Under the pieces are notes generated by a model. It searched no databases, was not told the DNA's origin, and worked only from the letters and a program-made list of their open reading frames with translations. The position numbers and the translations under genes were made by a program. A stretch of DNA of 62,952 bases, counting the filler, from Ministeria vibrans ATCC 50519 (Eukaryota; Protista; Filasterea): the NCBI GenBank assembly GCA_943704425.1. It is 13 parts of 13 records of this genome, joined end to end, with 100 filler letters (N's around TTAATTAATTAA, not from the genome) between each part and the next. Parts side by side here need not be neighbours in the genome. Positions count along the whole stretch, not along the records: positions 1 to 7,279 come from CALSCP010001789.1; positions 7,380 to 8,864 come from CALSCP010000412.1; positions 8,965 to 31,585 come from CALSCP010000475.1; 10 more parts are not named here. One strand, written 5' to 3'. This document shows, piece after piece, positions 1 to 13,316 of this stretch; position 1 is the stretch's first letter; every line of letters begins with the position of its first letter.

Positions 1-588
1 TTTTGACTTCTTCGTCTTCGCCCCACTGGACGAGAGAATCCACTTGAAAAAGAAGGTTTTTTTCGTCTTTGCAAATTTGCCCTTTTTGATTCTCGCGACT
101 CTCTCGCCCTTTCGCCTGCTGACCGCCGTCGTGGCGGCGAGCTCATCCGCCGCCGATGCTCTTCTTCTCTCTTTCCCTCTTTGTGCTCTTTTTTGGCCGA
201 ACTGCTCCTTTTCCTTCTCTTGTCCATTTCGCGCCATCCTCTGCCCCACTGGTCGCGCTTCTTTGCCAGCCGCAGTCGCAGCTTCCATCCAGTCTACAGA
301 TGCCAACAAGTGACTCTGTCAAGTGTCCTGACGACGCAGTGAGACGTCCGTTTTTTTTTTCTTATTTCCTGTCCACCGCAACAGCCCACCTTCAGCGTCT
401 TCCTTCTGGGTGGAGGACCGGTATCCTTGCCGGAGTGATGAACAGTCAAAACGCGAGTTGTGTCGCTACTTGTTTTTTTTTTATTTTTTATTATATTTTT
501 CTTTTTTTTCGTATTCTTGACCAAGTTGCTCATTTCGTTTTTTTGCTCACTTCTGTCGTTTTGCGTGCTCCTCTCTTCTTTACTGTAG

Positions 589-3500
589 CTTGCCAGAGAA
601 GCGAACATGATTTCGCGTCTGAACCGCGACGCGCGCACCGCTCGCGAGTACGCAGGTCTCATTTACGCGTGTCGGTCCAAATCAAAAGCCATTCCGCAAG
701 CCAAGTCAGACCAAAAGAACAAGATGGAGGTGAGTGAGGTTCACGCGCCAATGGCGCATCGTTGCGCTCATTTCAATGTCGCTAATCATGTGTCTTGGTG
801 GAATCACGTTGGCGTAGCTGTACGAGAAGTCCTACACAGTACTCAAGCCGGAAGTAGACAAGATGAAGTCGTTTATGCGCTTTCAGACGGCCGCCATCGA
901 GAAATTTGCGCAAGTTGTCGAGTACGTTGTGGCGCTGCACAAGAAGGAGAAGGATCCAGTTGTGTCGGACGCCTTGATGAACGCCATGGTGTCGCTCCTC
1001 GACTCGCTCATCACCGTCGACAACATCAAGAACATGAAGACCGCCTGGAACAACGATTTTGCCCACTACAAACGGTATGGCACTAAGTGTAAAAATATTC
1101 TTTCGTCTTGATGTTGTTTGTTTTTTAAAACAAAAACAAAAAAAAAAACACCCCCACTCATTCTCAATACATTCGTCCACGCGCAGAACATGCCAAAATC
1201 TGAAGAGACTGGACGTTCAAGAGGAGACGGAGAACCAGTTTTTGTATCTTTTTCTGGCCAACAACAATAGCATTGCCATGAACATCCGCGACCATATGCG
1301 CGGCACCAAGGGTCCCCCCACCGCATGTGACGGTGTCGATGGTTTCTCCGAAGCTCTCACCACACTCATCAACTTCTGCGTCGACATGCTTGAGAATGAC
1401 TCAGCTGTTGTCCCAAACGAAAAGTACTCTTTGCTCAGAGTACGTGTGTTGCACAAGAAATCCCACTTCTTTTCTTTTTGTCGTCTAAATCCGATTTTCT
1501 CTATCCCTCCTTTCCCCTATTTGTGTGTGTGTGTGTGTGTGTGTCGTAGGCAATGGCATTTGGAGTGCAGCTTGTGGATGGTCCGGACGAGCGCTCGTCT
1601 GTGCTTAAAAACAAGCGTCTTCGCCTCGACCGTGTCCAAAAGATGGTCAAGGTACAATAGTCTGCAGAATGGCTCATTTTTTTTGCTCTCATTCACGCTT
1701 CACACAGACATACCCGATTATTCCGCTCATGGGTGACATGCAAATTCCCCTTGCGGCGTTGGTCAAGGGCGCTTCGCACATTGACCTGTCCAAGTGGGAG
1801 CTCAGCCCTGACAACGACGAAGAGTTCAAGGCCGCCCAACGCTACTGCATTATCAACCATATTGAGTCCCTTCGCGCGGACTACAAGCGCTTTTCCGCCC
1901 GTCTTGCCATCTTCATCAACAAGGTACAAGAAGTGTGGTATTTATAATAATTCTAAGACGTCAATAATAATAATTGTAAAATTAACATACGTATTAATTG
2001 ACCTTTTTGGTCGCGTTACAGGCGAAGCGCTTCAAGACGTGGGACATTAGCGCAACCTACCCTCTCAACTCGGTGCTCTTCCAAGGTAATATAATTATTC
2101 GTTTTTTTTTTTGACTATTCTCATCTTCCTTATCTTTTCCCTCCTTTCCCTATTTCTTGTCAGGCATCAAAATGGTGGGCAACCTGTCGGCGCGTCTGCG
2201 CGAACAGAGTGCTTGGAAGTACGCGCACCCGACCGACAAGTTTGTCAACAAGGACTGTCCCGACGACGCCACCGAGTACGAGAAGCTTGTGCGCTACAAC
2301 TACACACTCGAGGAGAAGCTGGCCGTCATTGAACTCATTGGTATGATCAAGGGCCTGTCGGCACAGCTCTACTCGCTCGACACTCTCGTTGCCATCCACG
2401 TGCGCCGCGGCATCCATCGTCAACTCACCCTCTTCCTCACCAACACTGTCGAGGAGCTCATTCAGGTCGGTTGAATTTTAATTTTTATGACACTTGATCA
2501 ATTTTTTTTGTTCTTCATCTCACAGGTGACGGCAAAGAAAAAGAAGTCGTCGAGCAAGACACTTATGCTGATCAAGCAGCGTGGACTTGATGTTGCGGCA
2601 GTTGTTTCCACTGGAAATGACGACCAGAGTGGCAAGAAGAAAGCGGCAGCCGGTTTCATGGGCCCCGTTACCCTGCGCAACGTCAAGGCGCGCGCGTGTG
2701 GTACGTCCTCACTTTTTTTTTTTTGCTTCCTTTTTTTATGTGCACACGTATCTCATTGTTTTTGAATGGATGGTATTTCAGGTGCATCGTGGTCTCAGCT
2801 GTTTGTGTTGCGTTCGCTGGTGCAGCAGCTGTCAGACGAACGCAGTGCGAGCATGAAGGGTGGTGCGCTCAAGTCGCGCGACTTCTCGTCGCAACAAGTT
2901 GATGCTCTGCGAGACTTCTTTGACACGTCCGCGACATGGCCCTATTTGCTTGATTTTGCGTCGACGGTGCGCCAATCGGCGGATCTCAGTGAGTTGTGGC
3001 TGCGCGAGTTCTACCTGGAGATCACCAAAGCCATCCAATTCCCCATTGAGCAGTCACTGCCTTGGATTCTCACAAGCACCGTCCTTGACCACCCCCACCT
3101 TACCGACTATCTCCTTATGCCCCTCGACCTGTACAACGATGCTGGCTCCATGGCCCTCAACTCCCTCGACTCTCGCTTTCTTTTTGACGAAATTGAGGTA
3201 GGCTCAAGAAATTGTTATTATTTTTATAATAATAATAATAATTATTATTATTATTAACTCTTTTTTTATATCAGGCTGAGGTGAACCTTTGCTTTGACGA
3301 GCTCATGTTCAAGATCAGTCAGGATGTGTTTGCGCATTACAAGGTGCGTGCGTCGTCGGTGCTGCTCGAGGAGAGTTACAAGCGCCGTCTCACGAGCGAC
3401 GTTGCCTCGCACCGTTACGAGCCTGGTCGTGCCCGATACGACAGGTATACTCACGAAAACTGATTATATAAATGCGTGTGTGTGTCTGTCTGTCTGTCTG

Positions 3501-5611
3501 TACCACGAAAAGCTCCACGAGACATCATCTCACCTTGAATTTGGCTTTTAGTCTGTTACAGCAGCGACATTTCCAGTTGCTGGGCCGTGCAGTAAGCATT
3601 CCCGAGCTGCTCTCCGAGCGCTTCAATCGTATGCTGCGTGCGTCAGTGGACCATGCCATTGCCCGCTTTGAGGCCCGCGACATCACCAGCATTATGGAAT
3701 TAGAAGGTATTTAAGCACGAAGCGCCACTCAACAAGAGTTTATTTTATTCTTGTTCTTTGCAGGTCTCCTGCAACAGTGCGAACTAACGCACAGTTTTCT
3801 TCGGGAGCATCTACCGCACATGGACGACTTTGAGACGATTGTACGTGAGGTCGACGAGGCCCCGAGCTTTGCCACCAACAACGGTCGTGTCATGAACCAC
3901 GTCCTTTCCGAACTCGTCTGGGATTTCCTCCCTAACTACGCATACAACTCGGGAACCGACCAGTATGTCCAATAAAGAAATTAAAAAACTTCACGCACTC
4001 ACTCACGCTGTTTTTAACATTGTGTTTAGCTTTGTACGACCCACTATCTCGGTACCGCTTGGCCCCGACGTTCCGCGCGAACCCATGCCTAAACCCAACC
4101 CTATTCTCCTGTGCGGAAACCGCGCCATGTCTCAGGGTACGTGCGAAGAGCTTTGTGCGTTGCTCATTTTTTTTTTCAGCGTGGTCTGCTCTGTTTGAGA
4201 GCTACAAGGACACGGTGGGTGCGCCGCAAGTGAGTGCGCTTGTGCGTGTGATTGGCAGTAACAATGTTTCCACTCTCATCGAAGAACTCATCAAGAATCT
4301 TGTACGTTTACCTCTTGACTTTGACACACCAAAACAAACCTAATGCTCTGTGTGTTTTTTTTTGTATGTATTTATTTTGTAGGAAATTCAACTGAAGAGT
4401 ATCATTCAGCCATACATTGAGTCGCTGCAGCGCGGTCTCCCAGTCGAGATGAAGCTGCCAATCCACGGCTACGGTACCACCGGCACGTTCTCCTACTACG
4501 TGGCCAAGCTCGAGCCGCTGCTCCAGTACACCGAACTCCGCTCAGAGGTTCGTACATACACGCTTTTTACTGCGAACGGAAGCAAAGAAATCATAACAAT
4601 ATTAACACTTTGTGTTTGTCTTTAGGTGTTCCATGCACTGCGTGAAATGGGCAACTCGCTCATTTTTACGCAGATGATTGAGCAGGTCATGGTGGCGGAG
4701 GACATCTTCAACAATGTTCAGGCAACACCTTTTTACCATTTTGGTGGCGTGGGCTCAAACGTAAATCTTTTTTTTTTTTTTGTTCTTTGCTTGTTTATTC
4801 ATTTGCTTATGGAGCATGTCTTCTTTTTTTTGACTGTACACAGAAAATGGACATGTTCTTTCCGAGCGACCACAATGTGCGTCTGCAAACGCCCACCACA
4901 GCCTTCTCCAACGTGGTGAACCGTCTGTCACAGGGTACGCCGAGTGTCGAACCTCTGCTGGATCGTGCACAGCGAGCAAGTGTGATACATGCGCCGTATC
5001 GCCAGCGCGGCTCTCTCTTCCTGACGCTTTTGCGTCGTCTCGACCGTTTCCTCGATGACATTCGCGACGTTTGGTTGGGAGCGTACCCAGTTAACGGAGT
5101 CATGACCATTGACGAGACGGCCGAGTTTCATCGTCTTTGGTCGGCGCTTCTGTTTGTCTACAACATGCCTACGGTGGGCGGCAGCAGTGCCGGTGAGGCG
5201 GTCAACATGCAATCGTGCAAGGCGGTCTTTGGCGAAGGTCTCCCGTGGGTGGGGGCAACCATTCTGTACCTGCTGGGTCAACGACGTGGCTTTGAGCTTC
5301 TCGATTACTCTTCGCGTGTGCTCAGCGTCTTCGGCATTGACCATAAGGTAGAGAGTGCTGGTGGCATTGACGTGGGACAATTTTTGCGTCAGGCATCGGA
5401 CACAAAGACATTGAACACGAGCATTTTTGCCACGCTTCGTCTGACCATGCCCGAGCGTGACTCAGCCAACGGACTCATCGGCCGCGCACACCCTCCGTCG
5501 GAGCCTGGCGAGGTGGGCATGTACGTCCCCTACAAGGGCGAATTTGGCACGGCCGAGCAGAAGGCTGTGAGTAAGATTGAGGCTGGAGCAGGTTCGGGTA
5601 CGCGTGTCTGA
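589..5611 (+). CDS. CYFIP: CYFIP/Sra-1/PIR121 (WAVE complex subunit), multi-exon; 5' exons probably extend upstream of 589
   Basis: Spliced exons give IYACRSKSKAIPQ, LKSFMRFQ, DNIKNMKTAWNNDF, REQSAWKYAHP, DLSELWLREFYLE..IQFPIEQSLPWILT, YNDA..L..RFLFDEIEAEVNLCFD, EFHRLWSAL, all characteristic of CYFIP; GT-AG introns; TGA at 5609-5611. Confidence 0.95.
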
Positions 5612-5732
5612 CACCTCGGGCGGATTGCGAGAGAAAGAGAGAGAGGGAGAGAAAAAAAACACAGAGTGGAATGAACCGATGCCATTTTTTGACGAAAACA
5701 ATTTGTTTTTTTCTTCATTGGAGCCGAACAGT

Positions 5733-7267
<1,535 letters not shown>

Positions 7268-7279
7268 TAAGAAAAAAAA

Positions 7280-7379
7280 NNNNNNNNNNNNNNNNNNNNN
7301 NNNNNNNNNNNNNNNNNNNNNNNTTAATTAATTAANNNNNNNNNNNNNNNNNNNNNNNNNNNNNNNNNNNNNNNNNNNN
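7280..7379. other. Artificial contig-joining spacer (44N-TTAATTAATTAA-44N); same spacer at 8865, 31586, 36637, 39557, 41856, 44133, 48359, 52730, 55449, 57055, 59591
   Basis: Identical 100-nt structure with a six-frame-stop 12-mer, mostly beside homopolymer, microsatellite or repeat contig ends. Confidence 0.97.
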
Positions 7380-7400
7380 TGGTTTTTTTTTTTTTTTTAG

Positions 7401-7592
7401 TTTCTCCGTGTGGCTGGTGCAACACTCACACGGACATATGGCCGACAAGCAAGAAAGCTACTGATGCTTTTAGCGAAACCCTATATTGCGGCAATGCCAG
7501 AACACTGCGAAGGCAATGTGGCACGCCTGACCTCGATACTCGAGTCCTATCGGAATGGCCTCTTGCCCGAGCCCGTTGGAAAGCTGAGCTGA
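7401..7592 (+). CDS. GLE1: Terminal exon of mRNA export factor GLE1-like protein
   Basis: After polyT-AG acceptor: FLRVAGATLTRTYGRQARKLLMLL..Y...GNVARL..LE...LPEPVGKL, resembling the Gle1 C-terminus (FLEVCG..L...Y..QF.K.L...RL..FLE...P.P.G.L). Confidence 0.7.
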   Translation, partial: FLRVAGATLTRTYGRQARKLLMLLAKPYIAAMPEHCEGNVARLTSILESYRNGLLPEPVGKLS

Positions 7593-7958
7593 TTTATATG
7601 TGCTGAAATTTATCATCTACTGAGCCGAAGTATCAATGACTGTATTATTACAATAATAAAAAATCAATAAGAAAGCTACTAAATACTCCAAAAATACTCC
7701 AAAAGAAACGATAACAGAAAACAAGAATATGAAGTTTTCGACGGGAGTATTGTAGTGCTCTTTGATTTGATAATGCATTGCTTTGACATTGACAGTACAG
7801 CTCTCGATTCTCTATTAAAATTTGAATTAAATCATAATCATTAATATAAATTGGAAATTAATTAATGTTTTCTTCTTCTGTTAAATTTTCTGGTGACTGT
7901 ATCATTAATAAATGGGTTGTATTATTAAATTTTCGTTTTCCGTTCTCTCACTTTCACC

Positions 7959-8662
7959 ATGACCGTGACGGACGCTCTTTTAAACTACCTCCCTGGCATA
8001 GCTATGGCCCTGGTCGTGATTGTCACGGTGCGCTACGTGCGATCATATTCGTCGGATGATTCGTTTTTCACCCCCGCCATCCGATGGGCGCCGCATGCCT
8101 GGCCCAAGGAACCCGCCCACAAACTACGCGCGGTGCTGTGCATTCTGATCACCCTGGCTGGCCGAGTGTTCCAGGTGGCCAAGCCGCTGCTGCTCAAGCG
8201 AGTGGTCGACGACCTTGCCGATAAACGTCCGCTCAACTGGCCGGCATTGCTGTCGCTCGTTGCGCTCGGCTATTCGCAAGATGTGTGCGACAACCTCTTT
8301 GAGGTCTTGTGGTTTCCGGTCGCGCGCAGTACGCACAAGCGTCTCACGCTGGAAACGTTTGAACACGTTCATTCGCTGTCGATCGACTGGCACTTGAGAC
8401 AGCGCGGTGACGTGATTCGGAGCATTGAACGCGGCGCCGACTCGGTCGATGGTCTTCTTCAGCGCCTCCTCTTTGATATCATTCCGTGCCTTCTTGATGT
8501 CGCTATTGGCGTGACATATCTTGCCACACAGCTGACACCGTCGCTCGGGGCAGTCACGCTCTTGACGATGGCCGCCTACGTCTACACAACCAACTTGCTC
8601 TCCTCAACGCACAAGGAGAATCGCCGACTTGCCAATACGACTAACGATCGAGTGAGAACAGT
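7959..8662 (+). CDS. ABCB6/ATM1/HMT1-like half ABC transporter, first exon (TM domain; 3' part beyond gap)
   Basis: FEHVHSLSIDWHLRQRGDVIRSIERGADSVDGLLQRLLFDIIP matches the ABCB6/7 TM motif; GT donor near 8664. Confidence 0.88.
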
Positions 8663-8666
8663 TGGT

Positions 8667-8668
<2 letters not shown>

Positions 8669-8708
<40 letters not shown>

Positions 8709-8811
8709 AAAGCACACTATGCACACTAAGCACACTAAGCACACACTAAGCACTAAGCACACTAAGCACACACTAAGCACCACACACACACCAAGCACAC
8801 ACACACACTAA

Positions 8812-8864
<53 letters not shown>
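8669..8864. repeat. Intronic (CA)n, degenerate CACTAAGCA minisatellite and (TA)n
   Basis: Direct reading. Confidence 0.9.
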
Positions 8865-8964
8865 NNNNNNNNNNNNNNNNNNNNNNNNNNNNNNNNNNNN
8901 NNNNNNNNTTAATTAATTAANNNNNNNNNNNNNNNNNNNNNNNNNNNNNNNNNNNNNNNNNNNN

Positions 8965-9036
8965 GTGTTCTCTCTATCACTGTGTTCTCTCTATCACTGT
9001 GTTCTCTCTCTATCACTGTGTTCTCTCTATCACTGT

Positions 9037-9130
<94 letters not shown>
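8965..9130. repeat. GTGTTCTCTCTATCACT tandem units grading into (CT)n
   Basis: Direct reading; related unit TTTGTTTCCTCTCTCTCTATCAC at about 23020-23125. Confidence 0.9.
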
Positions 9131-9132
<2 letters not shown>

Positions 9133-9153
9133 TCACATTCGTTTGTCTTGTAG

Positions 9154-9264
9154 GAAAAACAGACCGCTCAAAGATTAGCACTAGTCGAGCTTGCCAAAGA
9201 AAGACAGAGAGAGCTCAGAAGGCAGATTGTTGAGCTTGGGGGTTCAGTGGACGACGAAGAGTGA
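9154..9264 (+). CDS. Terminal exon of an unidentified coiled-coil protein (EKQTAQRLALVELAKERQRELRRQIVELGGSVDDEE*)
   Basis: TTGTAG acceptor, open helical frame, TGA. Confidence 0.55.
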   Translation, partial: EKQTAQRLALVELAKERQRELRRQIVELGGSVDDEE

Positions 9265-9635
9265 TCAACGAGTGAATTGTGAATGCAAAGTGTACCTGTT
9301 TAGCTATCAGAAGGGGATGTGCTTTGTGTCTGCGAGGTGTGCGCACGCGACTATGCATTTCCTGTCACAACTTGAGAGTCGAGAAAGACTCAATGTGTTA
9401 TCATATTCAGTTGTGACGGTTTTTCCTAATCGCAACAACAGAAGCCTCTGAAGAGCCACGGAGTCCATGATATATAGGTGAAAGGGTTAAAGGATCAGTG
9501 GTTTACTCGTGATCAAGCGTCGTATTTGTTGAAGCGCTCAGCGGATCTCAGAAAATCTTCGTGTCGAATAGTCATTAGTCGAACGCATTATTTATTTTTT
9601 TTTCCACATTTTTTACACATAAAAGAAAATTCATA

Positions 9636-10533
9636 TGTTCAAACTGCTCCGTAAACAGCCAGGCCTAACCAGTGCTACGACATCAACGGAATGCGGGTCG
9701 TCGGCAGCGTCTGCAGCGTCATCCACGAGAGTTGCAAAAATTTGCGGACACTCTTCGTGTGAATTGACCCAACCGAATTGTTGCCACTGCGCCGACCGCA
9801 GGCCCCGCACGCACGACGGGCTCTATGCAAACTACGTCGACGGCGTGGGCCCGACTCGTACCGCCACACGCCATCAGTACTACTGCCCTCCTTGTCGAAG
9901 TAAGACCCACTCAGTGACTCGGGAATTTTTTTTTTTTTATCTCTCTCTGACTTTTCCGTCTTTGTTTGTTCGCCCCGCCTTTCCTCCTGTGTTAGCTGGA
10001 AGACCGTATCCTTCTCAACGCGAACAGAATCGGGCGTCAAGGTTCGGATTTCAAAAGATTTCTCGTCAAAAGTTCATTTAGCTCAACCCACTCAAAAATT
10101 CATTTCTCTCTCACTCAACAGAAGACCATCCCCGCCGCCCCTTCCACCGCAACGCGAATCGAGTCTTGGCGCTAGCCTCCGTACTCTGTACGACGACGGC
10201 GAAGACGACGTTGACATTCCGTTTGAGGATGGAATGACTGAGACAGAGCGCGATCAACTCGCTCAGGCCATTCGTGAGTCTCTGCGCATCAGCGCCTTGC
10301 CTCCACCTCTCCCTTTCCCCTCTGCGCCCTCCTGCCCAAATCCCCCGCCATTCAATCCGCGTGATCCGTCCGCCACCGAGTGGCCCCAGTGCTGCATTTG
10401 CTGTGACCTCGAAGCTGCTGTGGCCTTTGTGCCTTGTGGGCATCTCACAACCTGTTGTGCCTGCTCAAAGCGTGTCACACAGTGCCCCATTTGCAGAACT
10501 CACGTTCAGACTCATCTCCGGGTCTACGTTCCC

Positions 10534-10536
<3 letters not shown>
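9636..10536 (+). CDS. RING (C3HC4, IAP/MDM2-type) E3 ligase with N-terminal Cys/His-rich domain and UIM-like motif; 2 introns
   Basis: CICC..VAFVPCGHLTTCCACSKRVTQCPICR..RVYVP; DQLAQAIRESL (UIM-like); N-terminal CGHSSC..CCHC.DRRP..YVDGVG..YYCPPCR. Confidence 0.85.
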
Positions 10537-10577
<41 letters not shown>

Positions 10578-10777
10578 GCACGCACGCACACACACACACA
10601 TTGCATAAACAATCAGAAACTGTACTATATAAAGAGTTCAAGTTCAAACAATTATTATGATTAAAGACTTGTTACGATCAAAGGTTTTTGTTCGTCGCAT
10701 ATCTTCCCAAAACACTGCGGTGTACATACAAACAGAGTCGAATAATGAATAAAAATTACAATTATGTACAAATATAA

Positions 10778-13064
10778 TCAGTGGTTTCGCTCCTGAGGTG
10801 GCTGGTAGGCAACGCCAAGTGCCTCGTACACGGACTGCTCAGTAGGCGTGACCAGTGCTTCCCCAACACTAATCTTGTCTCCATTACCTCGCGCCACATT
10901 GATTCGCAGTGCGTGTTGAGACAACGACATTCCGCGATCCTAAGTCAAATTTTAAGTAATAATAATAATTATTATTATTATTATTTTAATAGTATTATTA
11001 TAATATAATTATCTCGCTCACTCTCTCTCTTACCTTTGCATATTTCCGCATGGAGCGATTGGTGTAGTCACTGCCGGTGAAGTAGAGTAGCGAACAGGCG
11101 TACTCTTCGCTGGGCACACAAATAATGTCAAGGCGGCGTGCACGGTGTGTCGGTGACAGACGACACACTCCCATGTACTTGTCATGTGTGTTGGGCTCGC
11201 GCACCGCTCCCGTACCCGTACGAGTCGTCTCCCACTCGTGCCGCGACGACAGTGATGCCTTGGTGCCCAACAGAAACCCCTCGGAAAAGAGTCGCTCAAT
11301 GACACAGGCAAGAATGCCTTCGTGGTCGCCCCCAGGGTTGGTCACAAGCACATCCACATCCCCACACGTCTCCTTCAGGCGCCGATACGAGCCGCACACC
11401 TCCCATGTCGCACCAGCACACACTTCCTTCACCACTGCGCCCACTCGCGCTCCAATCTCACCAGCCTCGTCGCGTGGCATGCGCTCCTGCAAATCATAGA
11501 AATACTCCAATGCCAACGACTGACGTCGATCCAACAGTCGCAGCTGGCGCAACTCATCACGACGCGCAATCGCTTCCTCGCACGAACGCACGCCATGTTC
11601 CATCCATTGGCGTGCACGTGACTGCCCCACACCCCACACACGCTCCAAGTCGGCAATCACATGTGTGTCCTTGGGCACATTCTCAAACTTCTCGTACGTT
11701 CCTTTCAGCAAAATCTCTCCGATATGATCGGCAATCTTGGCCCCAATGCCATGCAGCACACGTGCCTCCTCCATCGACTCAATACGCTTGCCGTGTCGCT
11801 GCAACGCACTAATCGCCTTTCGATAGCCCAACGCATTCCACTTCTTCTCGCCCCCCTCCGCCTTGTACAGTGTCATCATTTTTGTCAGCGGCCCCGTCAA
11901 ATGCGCATTGACATTATTTTTTTCCACCTGCGACACCAACGACACGTGCGACTGCTTGTCGTCACCCTTGCCAATTGCACCAGTCTTCTCTCCGATGCGC
12001 GACGACGATCCCACCGCAAACACAAAGCTCCCCATATTCTTAGGCTCGGCCTTTTGCATAAACGGCGCACCCGCACGACGCATCTCCTCAATGCGTGCCC
12101 GTGCTCGCCGCCCCGCTTCGCTCACAACCACCGCGTCTTCCTCCTCTCCTTTTTCTTCTCCTTCCTGTTCCTCCTCCTCCTCCTCACGCCCTTCCTCCAC
12201 ATCGCTGCTCTGCGGGCCAACAGGCGAGTCGCCACTATTGGCGACACGTCGACTTGACACACGCCGCATGGCAGCCTCGCGCGTGTAGCCGTACAGACCG
12301 TCACCGCGTAAAAGACGCGGTGATTTCACAGGCGATGGTAGGTTGGGCGCTTGAATGGCGTAGGGCTCTTCGTGCGGGCGAGTCGTCGTGCCATGCTTTG
12401 CAATGTCATACATCCAGCCCACCGAGACAAAGTGCTTGTCGCTCGGCAGTTCAACCAGCTTCAGAGCACTCAGCAGCCCCGCATAGTCAAGGGTGCTGAC
12501 CACGTGTGTCGTAGACGAATTCAACTCGGTACTCACCACACCGCCGTGCTTCTCGATGTTTGCCTTGAAAATGGAAAGAGTCACTTTTCCGAGACCGCGT
12601 CGCACAAAGTGCACTTTCACGCCATGCAAGAAGTCGGTCAGACTCTTGGCTTGACCAGCTTTCGACAATGCACCACCTTCACTGGTGGATGGCGCACAAC
12701 TCGTGGTCATTGCGGAACGACGAGCAGCTGCGGACGACGACGAAGGCGAAGACGAAGACGACGAAGACGAAGACGTAGGCGCCAGAAACGGCTGCGACAG
12801 AGGCCGTTGACGCGTCGTCGTGACCGTTTGCGATGCATGGACACCAGATGCGTCTGCTCGTGGTCCAGAGACCCGCTCGTCCGTGCGTTTGTCAGGCGTG
12901 TCAAGACGCGCTCGCTTTTCGTCGCGCCGCTCCACAAGGATCGCACGCACGCGCTTAAAACGAACAGGCTCGCGCGACACCACCAACGATGCTGCCTCCT
13001 CGTCAATCAGCTCCGACCAGGTGCGATCAAGGCGTTCAAAAAACTCGCCTGGATCCCAAGTCAT
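10778..13064 (-). CDS. POLL: DNA polymerase lambda (family X): BRCT, lyase and polymerase domains; 1 intron
   Basis: BRCT (THVV..VGW), YRKAISAL, GIGAKIA, VWGVG, GSYRR..TCGDVDVL, RRLDII, LLYFTGS..NRSMR; last exon GMSLSQHAL..PTEQSVYEALGVAYQPPQERNH*. Confidence 0.93.
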
Positions 13065-13316
13065 AGAAATGAAATAAAGTTGAGAAAATCGAAAAATCAA
13101 AAGATGAAAGAAAAAGACGTAATAATAATATTATTATAATTATATGAGCTGCTTGAGCTCTCGAGCACAGTTCTCGATTCTCTTTTTTATATTTATTTTA
13201 TTAGCTCTCGATTCTCTGTTTGAAAACTGATACGTCACTCAGGCTCTATTGACAGACTGAACGTCAGTCTACTCCGTTCGCTTTTCCAATTGTGTACAGT
13301 TTCATTCTTCATTCAC

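Noticed and set aside
421-428. GTATCCTT as a U12-type 5' splice site in CYFIP
   Set aside because: No well-placed U12 branch point, the exon boundary is unresolved, and the same 8-mer occurs in coding sequence near 10006; about 2 hits are expected by chance on both strands
7324-7335. Recurring TTAATTAATTAA palindrome as a biological element
   Set aside because: Always centred in exactly 44+44 Ns; it is an assembly spacer
9478-9490. GAAAGGGTTAA as a piggyBac-like terminus
   Set aside because: No matching left terminus nearby and no transposase
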